From an uncultured virus (IMG/VR IMGVR_UViG_3300042691_036566) (Duplodnaviria > Heunggongvirae > Uroviricota > Caudoviricetes), in IMG/VR virus record IMGVR_UViG_3300042691_036566, positions 106,750 to 126,749 of that record: 20,000 nt of DNA; one strand, 5' to 3'. The translations under genes were made by a program, and so were the position numbers. Below the pieces are notes generated by a model. The model was not told the origin of the DNA. It saw only the letters and a program-made list of their open reading frames with translations, and ran no database searches. Shown in pieces: positions 1 to 8,732 of the stretch; within the stretch, counting starts at the first letter, position 1; each line of letters opens with the position of its first letter.

Positions 1-600
1 CAACTATTTTGTAACAGAGTACCAATTGGACAACAAGTTCCTGGAGATGTAGTTATATACGCTGGTGGTGCTCACATTATGATGGTTGTATCATATCCTG
101 ATCCTTCACATGGTAATCATTCTATAGTTTGGGGAGCAAATGGACCTGGAGCGCCTTGTGATGCAGATATGGCAGATTCTGGAATAGGAGTAGATACCCC
201 AGGAGCTAAATCTTGGTGTGCAAAAAGTAAAGAATACAATCATGATGTATGGTTTAAACCACAATATGGAGATTGGTGGAAAGCTTTTGCTGGATATTAT
301 CGAGTAAAACCTCAATTTGCTAGAAAAGAACTTTTATCAACATCTGGGGCTTTAGAGAAAAGTGGTAATTTTCCTAAAAATTATGCGAATCAATATAAAT
401 ATCCTGCATCCGTTTCTGTCCATCCACCAGCTGTAATAAAAGCTCCAGATATAGCAAAAGAAAGAAGAGTTTGGTTATTAGCAAACAATCTTCATCAAAG
501 AAGTGGAAGAAGAAAAGGCTCGGCAAATCCGATGTCTGGAACACCAGCTATCGCTGGTGGTGGTAAAGCAATAACAGCATCTAAATCACGTACTGTATAG
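1..600 (+). CDS. 5'-truncated protein containing the C-terminal half of an NlpC/P60- or CHAP-like (papain-fold) peptidoglycan hydrolase domain; probable virion-associated lysin
   Basis: Frame +1 is open from base 1, so the track's ATG at 79 is internal. The translation QLFCNRVPIGQQVPGDVVIYAGGAHIMMVVSY...IVWGANG matches the 'pGDlv.f...HV.hh' strand plus catalytic His (codon 73-75) of NlpC/P60/CHAP enzymes. The catalytic Cys would lie upstream of the window. Ends at TAG 598-600. Confidence 0.6.
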   Translation, partial: QLFCNRVPIGQQVPGDVVIYAGGAHIMMVVSYPDPSHGNHSIVWGANGPGAPCDADMADSGIGVDTPGAKSWCAKSKEYNHDVWFKPQYGDWWKAFAGYYRVKPQFARKELLSTSGALEKSGNFPKNYANQYKYPASVSVHPPAVIKAPDIAKERRVWLLANNLHQRSGRRKGSANPMSGTPAIAGGGKAITASKSRTV

Positions 601-609
601 AGAAAAAAT

Positions 610-1614
610 ATGTTTGAATCCTTTAAAAAAGTAATAATAGAAAGTGAAGACGCCAGAGAAATAACATCACCTAATTCTATGAAAATAGGTGATGTACCAG
701 CTAGCGTAATTTTGTCACAAAGAAATTCAGAAAATATAACTTCAAAACTTGGAATAGGAAATACTGAATTAATTGAAGCTATACCTATTTTTAATAAAGC
801 AGACTGTGAAAATGTTTTATCCTATCACAATTTAAATTGTTCAATAGTTTTTGGTAGAGACAGACCATCAGATAGATTATCTGGATATGGAGGTGCTGCG
901 GTAAAAAGATCTGCAGCGATAGATATAGTCGTAGGAAGAATGGGTCCAAATCCAAAATCTACCGATTCTACAAATAATCCAATATTTACTGAAAATAACT
1001 ATACTATGGATGCAGCAAGAATAGTTATAAGCCAAAGAACAAATTTAGATCATAATTTTAGAATAAGAAGTAGTTTAGCCGCACCGTCTGAAAATTGTTC
1101 CGGTATAGGAATAAAAGCTGATTCAGTTAGAATCATTGGCAGAAAAGATATAAAAATAGTCTCTGGAACTGATTTTTATGACTCACATGGTAATGCAGTT
1201 GGCGTAGATTATCCTATTGGACACAGAATATGTTTAATAGGAGATAATAGAGATGATCTTCTACAGCCTTTGGTAAAAGGAGAAAATTTACAAGGATTTT
1301 TAGTAGAAATTACAGATGCAATGCATCATATTATATCCACTCTAGAGTCTTTTGTTATTAGCCAAAATGCTTTAAATATGTTAGTATTAAATCATACACA
1401 TAGAGATTCTTTCTATGGAAATGTAGGATTGCCTTCTCAGTCATTGATATTTAATGGATATAATCAAGCAATAAGACTTTTAACAGATGTTAAAGCATCG
1501 ACTATGGAATTAACTGGATTTATTGAAGCCTCTAAAGCTAGATACATCTTAGTGCCAGACGATGGAATGGAAAATTCAGCAAATATACTAAGCAGTTATG
1601 TATTTTGTAATTAA
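610..1614 (+). CDS. Baseplate central spike-like protein (gp5/gpV-like beta-helix region with HxH apex motif), 334 aa
   Basis: Short Ile/Val-rich beta-strand runs (AAIDIVVGR, ARIVISQ, GIGIKADSVRIIGRKDIKIVSG, RICLIG), then QPLVKGENL, a helical segment and NHTH (HxH at 1393-1401). It lies upstream of gp25/gp6 homologs, as spike genes usually do. Confidence 0.55.
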   Translation: MFESFKKVIIESEDAREITSPNSMKIGDVPASVILSQRNSENITSKLGIGNTELIEAIPIFNKADCENVLSYHNLNCSIVFGRDRPSDRLSGYGGAAVKRSAAIDIVVGRMGPNPKSTDSTNNPIFTENNYTMDAARIVISQRTNLDHNFRIRSSLAAPSENCSGIGIKADSVRIIGRKDIKIVSGTDFYDSHGNAVGVDYPIGHRICLIGDNRDDLLQPLVKGENLQGFLVEITDAMHHIISTLESFVISQNALNMLVLNHTHRDSFYGNVGLPSQSLIFNGYNQAIRLLTDVKASTMELTGFIEASKARYILVPDDGMENSANILSSYVFCN

Positions 1615-1625
1615 AGGGAATAAAT

Positions 1626-4600
1626 ATGTCTAACAGCCCAGATAGATACGCTAGATTAAATAAAAATAATAGATTACCATATAGAGAAGAAAAGCCAACT
1701 CATATTTTATCAGTTGGATCGATTGTATACTATGATTTTGATAGTATAGTTAACCAAGATTTAACACAGCCAGTTGTTGAAAGATTTTCTAATTCAGACA
1801 CTAAATTTTCAGTGTTGCCAGATTTTAATACTGAAACACCAGTATCAAATATGGAAGAAGAAGAGATAATTTTTGACGAACTTACAGACGAAGAATTAAA
1901 AGGTCTTACATTCCCAGACGCTCAACCACAAGAGCCTTATGCTGCTGATTTGGGGATTGATAATAATTTATCATCTACAGAAACACAAGAATTTTCATTT
2001 CCAAAAACTGTTGCAAATACAGTAATTGATAGAAGAGAATCTGAAGGTTTATATGGTGCAATACCCACAACAACAGATTTAATATCTCAAACTTTCTTTA
2101 ATGAAACTTTGGGACCACCTAGAGAAGCAGAGCAAACCGAGGTTGAATATTCAGTTACCATAGTAGAAGATTTTATCGGCATTCTTGGATTGTTTAGTAA
2201 AGTGTCTTTAATGTTAGATTCTGGCCCTATTGAATTTTTTGTAAGAAGAAACCAGCTTACTCCAATTGAAGGATTAGAATATAGCTTTTTAAAGCCAGTA
2301 GAAATACCTAGGATTGGTTATTTACAGGAAACAGATATAATTGGATGGTCTGATAAAAAACCATTTATTGTTTATTATGATGAAAGGAGTGAATTGTATT
2401 ACTGTTCAGTAGAAGCGGAATATGATGGCCTTGAACTTACTGATGAAAAAATACAAAAATATGTTGAAGATGCTTATTTCACCGGCTTAAGATTAATTTT
2501 TAAATCTAACGCTAAGAAAAACTCTGAAGATTATATAAAACAAATGTCTGATAGATTTTATCTATTCGGATATGCTAGAGATTGGGCTATAAAACTTAGA
2601 CCTTGTTCAAATTTTTATACACTTGTAGTGTTTCCTAAAAAATATCTATCTTCTACTGATTTAATTGATTATAGAGCAGATCCACTACAAGCTGCTAAAG
2701 ATGGAGTTACTGGTGGCCTATTAGATCCCTCAGTAAATCCAGAAGATATTAAATACATAGTAACTTATAGTTTTTTAAACTATAATAGCTTTGCTGAAAC
2801 TATAAAAGATATATCTAAAATTTTAGCTAGTAGAGGAGAGGAGCAATTTAATTTTGCCTTAAAAGCAGCTGATCAGTACATGGGTGCTTTAACGGCTGAC
2901 AATTATTTAGAGTTGATAGAATTAGATTTAAGAAAAGAAGCTAAAAAATTCTATGATAAAGATAATGTAGGAAACTTTTTAATAACTATTAAAAAATTAT
3001 TAGAAATAAATACCATAGAACATGATGTTTTATATACAGATGCTACAAAAAATAATATAGCTTTTGGATTGACAGATCAATTTAATATAGCATATATAGA
3101 TATCGTTAGAGATGGTATAGCACAAACTTTTGTAATTGATGGGTATATATTTGAAAATGAATTTGGAAGTTATGGGGTTATATCAAATAGAAGCGGCTTC
3201 TTTTTATATAACTACTGTACATATAAAATTATTACCGATTTAGCAACATATGAAGGAGAATGGAATAAAGAGCTTAGAAATAATTTAGATATCGATAAGT
3301 ATATAGAAAAATTTGTTATTCCACAGCCAAAAGAAATAGATATCCCTAAAAGAGATTTTGATTGTGCAAAAAATAACATGAAAAAACTTTGGGAAGATGG
3401 AATTATAAAAGGTTATAATTCAATAAAAGCCGTAGCACCTGTTGCAGAAGCTAACTTTAAAAAACAACTAGCTTATGCTAGAGGCGGCAAAAGAAGATGG
3501 ATAGATTTTGATGCAGAAGCAGACAAACAGGCAGCATCAACTCCAGCAGCTACTTTACCAACAACAGATCCTGAACCTCCTACCTTTGGTGATGATACCC
3601 TTAGTGCAATTAAAAATGCTGGTTATGGAGATTGGAGTAAACCTGGTCCTGCTGCTTTGCATCTTCTCAAAAAAACTCTAAGAGAGACAAACTTTCAGAG
3701 AGCTTTATTACAACAAATTATTTGTTGGATAAGGGATGCAAATAATCAACAAGCATTGGCTAATTTAGATTCACAATTTAATAGTGATTTAAAAAAAAGG
3801 ATACAAGAAGCTTTAACTAAATTTTTCTGCACTCCTTTCATGGATATGTTAATTAAAGCTTTAGCTGCTTACAAAGTTCCAAAATTTAATCCTTCTGATA
3901 TGTCAAAAGCCTTAAGAGATGCGTATGTTACTGCATTATCACAAGCTATAATTGAAACTTTCAATATTGCTATAAAAGAGCTTATAAAACTTATGGCTAA
4001 TTGTTCAAAACAAGGACAAGGCAAAAATTCTCCTTTTACTTCAGATCAAGAACTAGGTCTTTCTGCAGCACTAGATGCAATTTTAGATAATCAAGATAAT
4101 CCTTTTTCTAATAGTTCTATTGCGGACATATATGGAGCAATGGGGCTTCCTACAGGAAATTCTGATGAAGACATACAAGAAAGAGAGAGAGCAAAAGAAG
4201 ACTTAAAAAATTTAATTGCAGATATTGCATGTCTTATGAATCCTACAGAGATTTGTAGATTGATTGCAGAAGGTACAGCAACAGATGATATTTTATCTTT
4301 GGTCAGAGCTATAATAGAAGCTAAGTATCCAAATATATCATCAGTACTAAAAACCAGATCTGAAGTGGAATACTTATTTCAAAAATTAGGACAGATTTTA
4401 AATATTTCAGACGTGTGCAAAAAATTAGGAGATCAAATAGCTCAAGAAAATACCAATATTTGTTCTACGGAATCTGCTACAAAAGCATTAAAAGATGCTC
4501 TAGCACAAAACGGCCTAACACCAGAACAAATTGAGGGTTTAATTGCTGATGCAGAGGATGAAAAAAATAAAAGACTTTCCGATTTATTGGACGGTGTGAC

Positions 4601-7600
4601 AAGAACCCCGGAACAATTACCTATGTTGTGTAGAAATGGAAAGCCAGGAATTATAAATCCTGCAAAAGTTGATACTAACTATCTTGATATGTTCCAAGGT
4701 ACACTACAAGGATCTTTACAGCCATATTATGAAATGTTTAATAGCGACTTAAAAGAGTGGTCAGCTAATATGATTGAAAATCCTAAAATAAGTCTGACTC
4801 CAGAAGAGATAAAAACTCTTTCAGCTGCTTCAACATCTCCTTTGGGCGGCTCTAACGCTTCAAATACTAAAGCTGCAGAAGAAAATAGAGAAAAACTTTT
4901 AGCAATGTTAATTGCAAAAGGCATATTAGTAGCAGATTATGTATTAGACGAAAATGGTGGTATTAAGTATGAAGATTATGAAAAGAAAACTGGGGCGAAA
5001 CAAAAAGAAATAAACGGAGTAAAACAATGGAAATTGTCAGATGATGCATTTCCAAAACCAAAATCCAATGATCAATCTCAACAATCTGAAAGTAATGAAA
5101 ATAAAAATAATGTAGATACCTCAAATATGGTAATTTCTCCAATATTAACACAAACGCTAGAAAGAGTGGATTTTCTAGAGATTACTAAAAATTTATCTGA
5201 AATAATTATAAACACAAGAGTTAATTCAGACATAGAGAGAGAAAAATTTAAAATATTAGCAGAAGCACAGTTAAATACAGGCATACAAGATGAAATTAAA
5301 AGAATAGCCGCCGAAAAGATGGGTACAATTTATTATCAAATAACAACCGAACTTGTAAACGGAGGTATAACACTACTAGAACAATGGGCCGCTGGCACTA
5401 TTGAAGAAGATGCAGGATTTTGGATTGGTTTACAGGATCTAGAAAAACGTTATAAGGGCGGCTGGGATGGATGGTGGAGTACGCTTCTAGCTGGATTATG
5501 GGCAATATATGAATTATTAGATGTGTTTATTGCTGATATTACCGGTGCTGTGAGAACACAAGGAGCGCAAAGAGTAGGCATAGGAGATGTATCACAGATA
5601 TCTACCGTAAATAGAAGTATTAGAACAGAAGCCGCAAGAGCGGCTCCAGCTGGAACTCGTGTTGCTGTAGCAAAAAGAGCTGATTCTGTGTATACTGTTA
5701 CTTCTGGTGATACAATTGTTGCTACATATGATTCCTCTTACGCATCTACAATTCAATCAAAAGGAAAAACCTCAGCAGAAGTTGTGGTTCTTGAAAATGA
5801 AAAAAAAGCGGCAATAGACAAAAGAGCGGCATATGAAAATTATTTAAATAACCCTAGTGATCCAAATGCGAAAAGTGCTGCCGAGAGATTTGGAATTACA
5901 GAAACTACTCAACAGGGATTAGATGCAGCCAAACAGGCAGAAAAAACAGCTACAGCAAATTTAGATAATGCTCAAAGACAAGATGAATTTTTGATTCCTG
6001 AAAATAAACTGGGAACAACCGAATTATTTGCTGGGATAGATAGTTTGGCGGAGGGTATAAGTAGGGATATTAAATTATTTGAAGAATCATTTGCATTTAA
6101 AGCTATTTCTGGTATTTGGACAACAATTTTAGATGCAATAAGTGGTTTGCAATCAGAGGTTAGTACTTTAGATGCACAATTAGAAGACGCTAGAAAGCAA
6201 TTAGCATCAGCAGATATTGCTTTTCCAAATTATGATATAAAATATACTTTTGGATCTGTGATCTCACCCGAGAGAGCAAGAACTAGTGAATTTTTATCCC
6301 AAGTAAGCAACATTAACATTACAAAAAATTTAAATCCATTTATTTCTTCATCTTATTTGGAAGAAATAAGCCCAGACATTGCGATGTATATAAAAAATAA
6401 TAATCTTCTAGCTGGTTATAATGGAAGCTCTAGTATACAACAATATGCTTTTGAAAAATATATGACGCAAATTAGAAAAATAGATCCAAAAGAAATAAAT
6501 TATTCTGACATAGAGAGTGAATTTATGTCTGATATATATAATGATTTAAAACAAAGTTTCTTTTATAAGAAGCCTGATAATATTGGAAATACACCTTATA
6601 AAAATATGTCAAATCTTAAAAAGTTTCAAGCAACTTTAAGAGAGCCACCAGGAACAAATAGTGATCAATTTTGTGGAATTAATAATAATTCCCTGGATTT
6701 AGACGAAATAATCGAAGATGTGATTAACGATTTTAGAGAGGAAGCATGTAACAATGAGCCTCCTAATCCAACTGGAGGTAAAAGAGAAAATATGCATCCT
6801 ACAGAAAGAGCTATGTCTGATGCATTTTTACTAGCAACCTTAAGAGTCTATATATATGATTATTTCTTAAAAGGAATTTTCTTATTTGATAAATATCCTA
6901 TTGGTATTGTAGCTACTGATCCAATGTTGGAATTTTTATCTAGATGTTTTGAGATAGAAATGAAATCTTTTGAACCTATTTACTATCAAAGATTTTTAGA
7001 TCAATGTGTTTCTTACTTCTATAAGAAAAATCCCACTGAATCTAAAAAAATAGAAATTAAAACAGGAGAGAGATACGATACACTATCAGCGAGAACCAAA
7101 AAAGAAATTTTTAAAAAAGTTATAAAATCGCAAATACTTTATATTTCTACTAGAGTAACAAAAAAAATCAACAATGTAATAAATGAAAAGAATGCAGCTC
7201 CTTGGCAAAGACTTTTTGTATATGGAGATGAAACAAAAAAATATGAGTCACAATATGAATTACAACAATTTGAAAACTATGACAATATCCAAGGTCATAT
7301 ATTGAAGTTTTTTGAAAATAGAGATCCATCTGAAAAAATATTTACAGTTGTAAAAAACAGCTCTCAAACCAAAGTACCTGTTGCAGGCGGGAGAGTGATT
7401 GATACAAAAGGAGAAACTTTAGAGTTATATTTTAAATCAAAGAAGATATTGGTAACTAAGAGCAAATTTAAAAAATCTATAACATTTAAATTCTTGTTTG
7501 AGTTCTGTTTTCCAATTAGAAAATATATAAGCGTAGTTACAATGCAAGCCATAATGGCTAACAATGCAAGATTACAAAGCATGAAAACATTTTTTAGTAC

Positions 7601-8306
7601 AAAAGCAGCTCTAAAGGCTAGACACAACTCTTTAATGGCTGGAAATGGCTATAAAAATAATAATGATCTTGGTGGCGCTCCAGCAAATGGAGGAAATTCT
7701 ACAGCTAATTCTGGAGATCAAGAAGCCGGATGGCAATCTCTTCTACCTCTTATTTTAAGGCTTGCTGTACAAACACCATGGCAGATGTTAAAAGGTTTGT
7801 GTGAAGTAGGTGATCCTAACGTATTTTTAGCATCACTACCGTATAATATAGCAAGACCTATCACTCTTGCTATAATGAATCAGATCCCCATGTTACCAGA
7901 AAAAACATATGGTCCTGATGATTTAAAGCCTCCTCCTCCAAGAATTTATGAAGAAGGTGCATTAAAAGGATTACCTTATGCGGAAGATGTCATGAGAAGA
8001 ATAGGTTTTAACATGTCTCACGGTTTATTTTACGCAACACCAGCTGCGGGTCTTGCATTAACATTCTGTTTTATTCCTCCAACTCCTTTTGGTTTAGCGT
8101 ATTATTTATTAGGATGTTGGTATGACGATTTTATTGATGATACATCAAATAATGAAACAGTAAATACAACTAATGCAATTAACTTTTTAAATGTAAAATC
8201 TAACTACAAAGCAGATTCTTGTAATATTGCTAGAATGGCAAAAAAAGCACTAAAACCAAAGATCGAATTGACAGAAGAACAAATGATAGATCTACAATAT
8301 TCTTAA
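1626..8306 (+). CDS. Large hypothetical virion-associated protein, 2226 aa, largely alpha-helical
   Basis: Uninterrupted 6.7-kb ORF preceded by AGGGA (1615-1619) and embedded in the baseplate operon. No family recognised. The ORF is secure; the function is not. Confidence 0.8.
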   Translation: MSNSPDRYARLNKNNRLPYREEKPTHILSVGSIVYYDFDSIVNQDLTQPVVERFSNSDTKFSVLPDFNTETPVSNMEEEEIIFDELTDEELKGLTFPDAQPQEPYAADLGIDNNLSSTETQEFSFPKTVANTVIDRRESEGLYGAIPTTTDLISQTFFNETLGPPREAEQTEVEYSVTIVEDFIGILGLFSKVSLMLDSGPIEFFVRRNQLTPIEGLEYSFLKPVEIPRIGYLQETDIIGWSDKKPFIVYYDERSELYYCSVEAEYDGLELTDEKIQKYVEDAYFTGLRLIFKSNAKKNSEDYIKQMSDRFYLFGYARDWAIKLRPCSNFYTLVVFPKKYLSSTDLIDYRADPLQAAKDGVTGGLLDPSVNPEDIKYIVTYSFLNYNSFAETIKDISKILASRGEEQFNFALKAADQYMGALTADNYLELIELDLRKEAKKFYDKDNVGNFLITIKKLLEINTIEHDVLYTDATKNNIAFGLTDQFNIAYIDIVRDGIAQTFVIDGYIFENEFGSYGVISNRSGFFLYNYCTYKIITDLATYEGEWNKELRNNLDIDKYIEKFVIPQPKEIDIPKRDFDCAKNNMKKLWEDGIIKGYNSIKAVAPVAEANFKKQLAYARGGKRRWIDFDAEADKQAASTPAATLPTTDPEPPTFGDDTLSAIKNAGYGDWSKPGPAALHLLKKTLRETNFQRALLQQIICWIRDANNQQALANLDSQFNSDLKKRIQEALTKFFCTPFMDMLIKALAAYKVPKFNPSDMSKALRDAYVTALSQAIIETFNIAIKELIKLMANCSKQGQGKNSPFTSDQELGLSAALDAILDNQDNPFSNSSIADIYGAMGLPTGNSDEDIQERERAKEDLKNLIADIACLMNPTEICRLIAEGTATDDILSLVRAIIEAKYPNISSVLKTRSEVEYLFQKLGQILNISDVCKKLGDQIAQENTNICSTESATKALKDALAQNGLTPEQIEGLIADAEDEKNKRLSDLLDGVTRTPEQLPMLCRNGKPGIINPAKVDTNYLDMFQGTLQGSLQPYYEMFNSDLKEWSANMIENPKISLTPEEIKTLSAASTSPLGGSNASNTKAAEENREKLLAMLIAKGILVADYVLDENGGIKYEDYEKKTGAKQKEINGVKQWKLSDDAFPKPKSNDQSQQSESNENKNNVDTSNMVISPILTQTLERVDFLEITKNLSEIIINTRVNSDIEREKFKILAEAQLNTGIQDEIKRIAAEKMGTIYYQITTELVNGGITLLEQWAAGTIEEDAGFWIGLQDLEKRYKGGWDGWWSTLLAGLWAIYELLDVFIADITGAVRTQGAQRVGIGDVSQISTVNRSIRTEAARAAPAGTRVAVAKRADSVYTVTSGDTIVATYDSSYASTIQSKGKTSAEVVVLENEKKAAIDKRAAYENYLNNPSDPNAKSAAERFGITETTQQGLDAAKQAEKTATANLDNAQRQDEFLIPENKLGTTELFAGIDSLAEGISRDIKLFEESFAFKAISGIWTTILDAISGLQSEVSTLDAQLEDARKQLASADIAFPNYDIKYTFGSVISPERARTSEFLSQVSNINITKNLNPFISSSYLEEISPDIAMYIKNNNLLAGYNGSSSIQQYAFEKYMTQIRKIDPKEINYSDIESEFMSDIYNDLKQSFFYKKPDNIGNTPYKNMSNLKKFQATLREPPGTNSDQFCGINNNSLDLDEIIEDVINDFREEACNNEPPNPTGGKRENMHPTERAMSDAFLLATLRVYIYDYFLKGIFLFDKYPIGIVATDPMLEFLSRCFEIEMKSFEPIYYQRFLDQCVSYFYKKNPTESKKIEIKTGERYDTLSARTKKEIFKKVIKSQILYISTRVTKKINNVINEKNAAPWQRLFVYGDETKKYESQYELQQFENYDNIQGHILKFFENRDPSEKIFTVVKNSSQTKVPVAGGRVIDTKGETLELYFKSKKILVTKSKFKKSITFKFLFEFCFPIRKYISVVTMQAIMANNARLQSMKTFFSTKAALKARHNSLMAGNGYKNNNDLGGAPANGGNSTANSGDQEAGWQSLLPLILRLAVQTPWQMLKGLCEVGDPNVFLASLPYNIARPITLAIMNQIPMLPEKTYGPDDLKPPPPRIYEEGALKGLPYAEDVMRRIGFNMSHGLFYATPAAGLALTFCFIPPTPFGLAYYLLGCWYDDFIDDTSNNETVNTTNAINFLNVKSNYKADSCNIARMAKKALKPKIELTEEQMIDLQYS

Positions 8307-8311
8307 AATAT

Positions 8312-8315
8312 GAGG
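8312..8315 (+). promoter_or_regulatory. Shine-Dalgarno-like site for the gp25-like gene
   Basis: GAGG located 7 nt upstream of ATG 8323. Confidence 0.5.
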
Positions 8316-8322
8316 AAAATAG

Positions 8323-8709
8323 ATGAAAGGGTATTCCGTTCAAGTTCCATTAAAATATGATGCTGGTGATGGTTTTTATAAGATGAATAAAGATCTACGA
8401 GAGGTTATAAAGCAAAATTTAAAAATGCTTATCTTAACTAATCCCGGTGAGAGAATTATGAATACTGATTATGGAGTCGGTGCTAAAAGATTGCTATTTT
8501 TTAACAGAAAAGAATCAGTATCTGAAATAGATATGGAAAGAATAATAAGGAATCAAATACAAAAATATATGCCATATATTATAATTCAAGATATAGATAT
8601 AACGGATATTTTGCCACAAGAACAAAATGCTGTTTTTATTTCAATTTCTTATTCTGTTCCTTCTCTAAAAGAAAGAGATAGTATCGAATTAATTCTTAAC
8701 CCAGACTAA
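8323..8709 (+). CDS. gp25: Baseplate wedge subunit, T4 gp25 / P2 gpW-like, 128 aa
   Basis: Characteristic motif IKQNLKMLILTNPGERIMNTDYGVG...IQKYMPYIII, typical size, and position directly before a gp6 homolog. SD-like GAGG at 8312-8315. Confidence 0.9.
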   Translation: MKGYSVQVPLKYDAGDGFYKMNKDLREVIKQNLKMLILTNPGERIMNTDYGVGAKRLLFFNRKESVSEIDMERIIRNQIQKYMPYIIIQDIDITDILPQEQNAVFISISYSVPSLKERDSIELILNPD

Positions 8710-8719
8710 TTATATTTCT

Positions 8720-8726
8720 GAGAGGG
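8720..8726 (+). promoter_or_regulatory. Shine-Dalgarno-like site for the gp6-like gene
   Basis: GAGAGGG located 6 nt upstream of ATG 8733. Confidence 0.5.
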
Positions 8727-8732
8727 AAAAAA

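Noticed and set aside
1619..1626. AATAAATA resembling the T4 late promoter TATAAATA
   Set aside because: It has one mismatch, overlaps the start codon and lies downstream of the SD-like site, and such words are common in AT-rich DNA.
5691..5717. LysM-like start YTVTSGDTI in the 2226-aa protein
   Set aside because: The following helix-helix-N pattern of LysM (L..IA...g....l...N) is absent, so it is probably coincidental.
7056..7094. gp53/gpX-like motif IKTGERYDTLSAR
   Set aside because: It lacks the downstream YG...W..I...N residues and sits inside a helical region. No gp53-like gene could be supported in this window.
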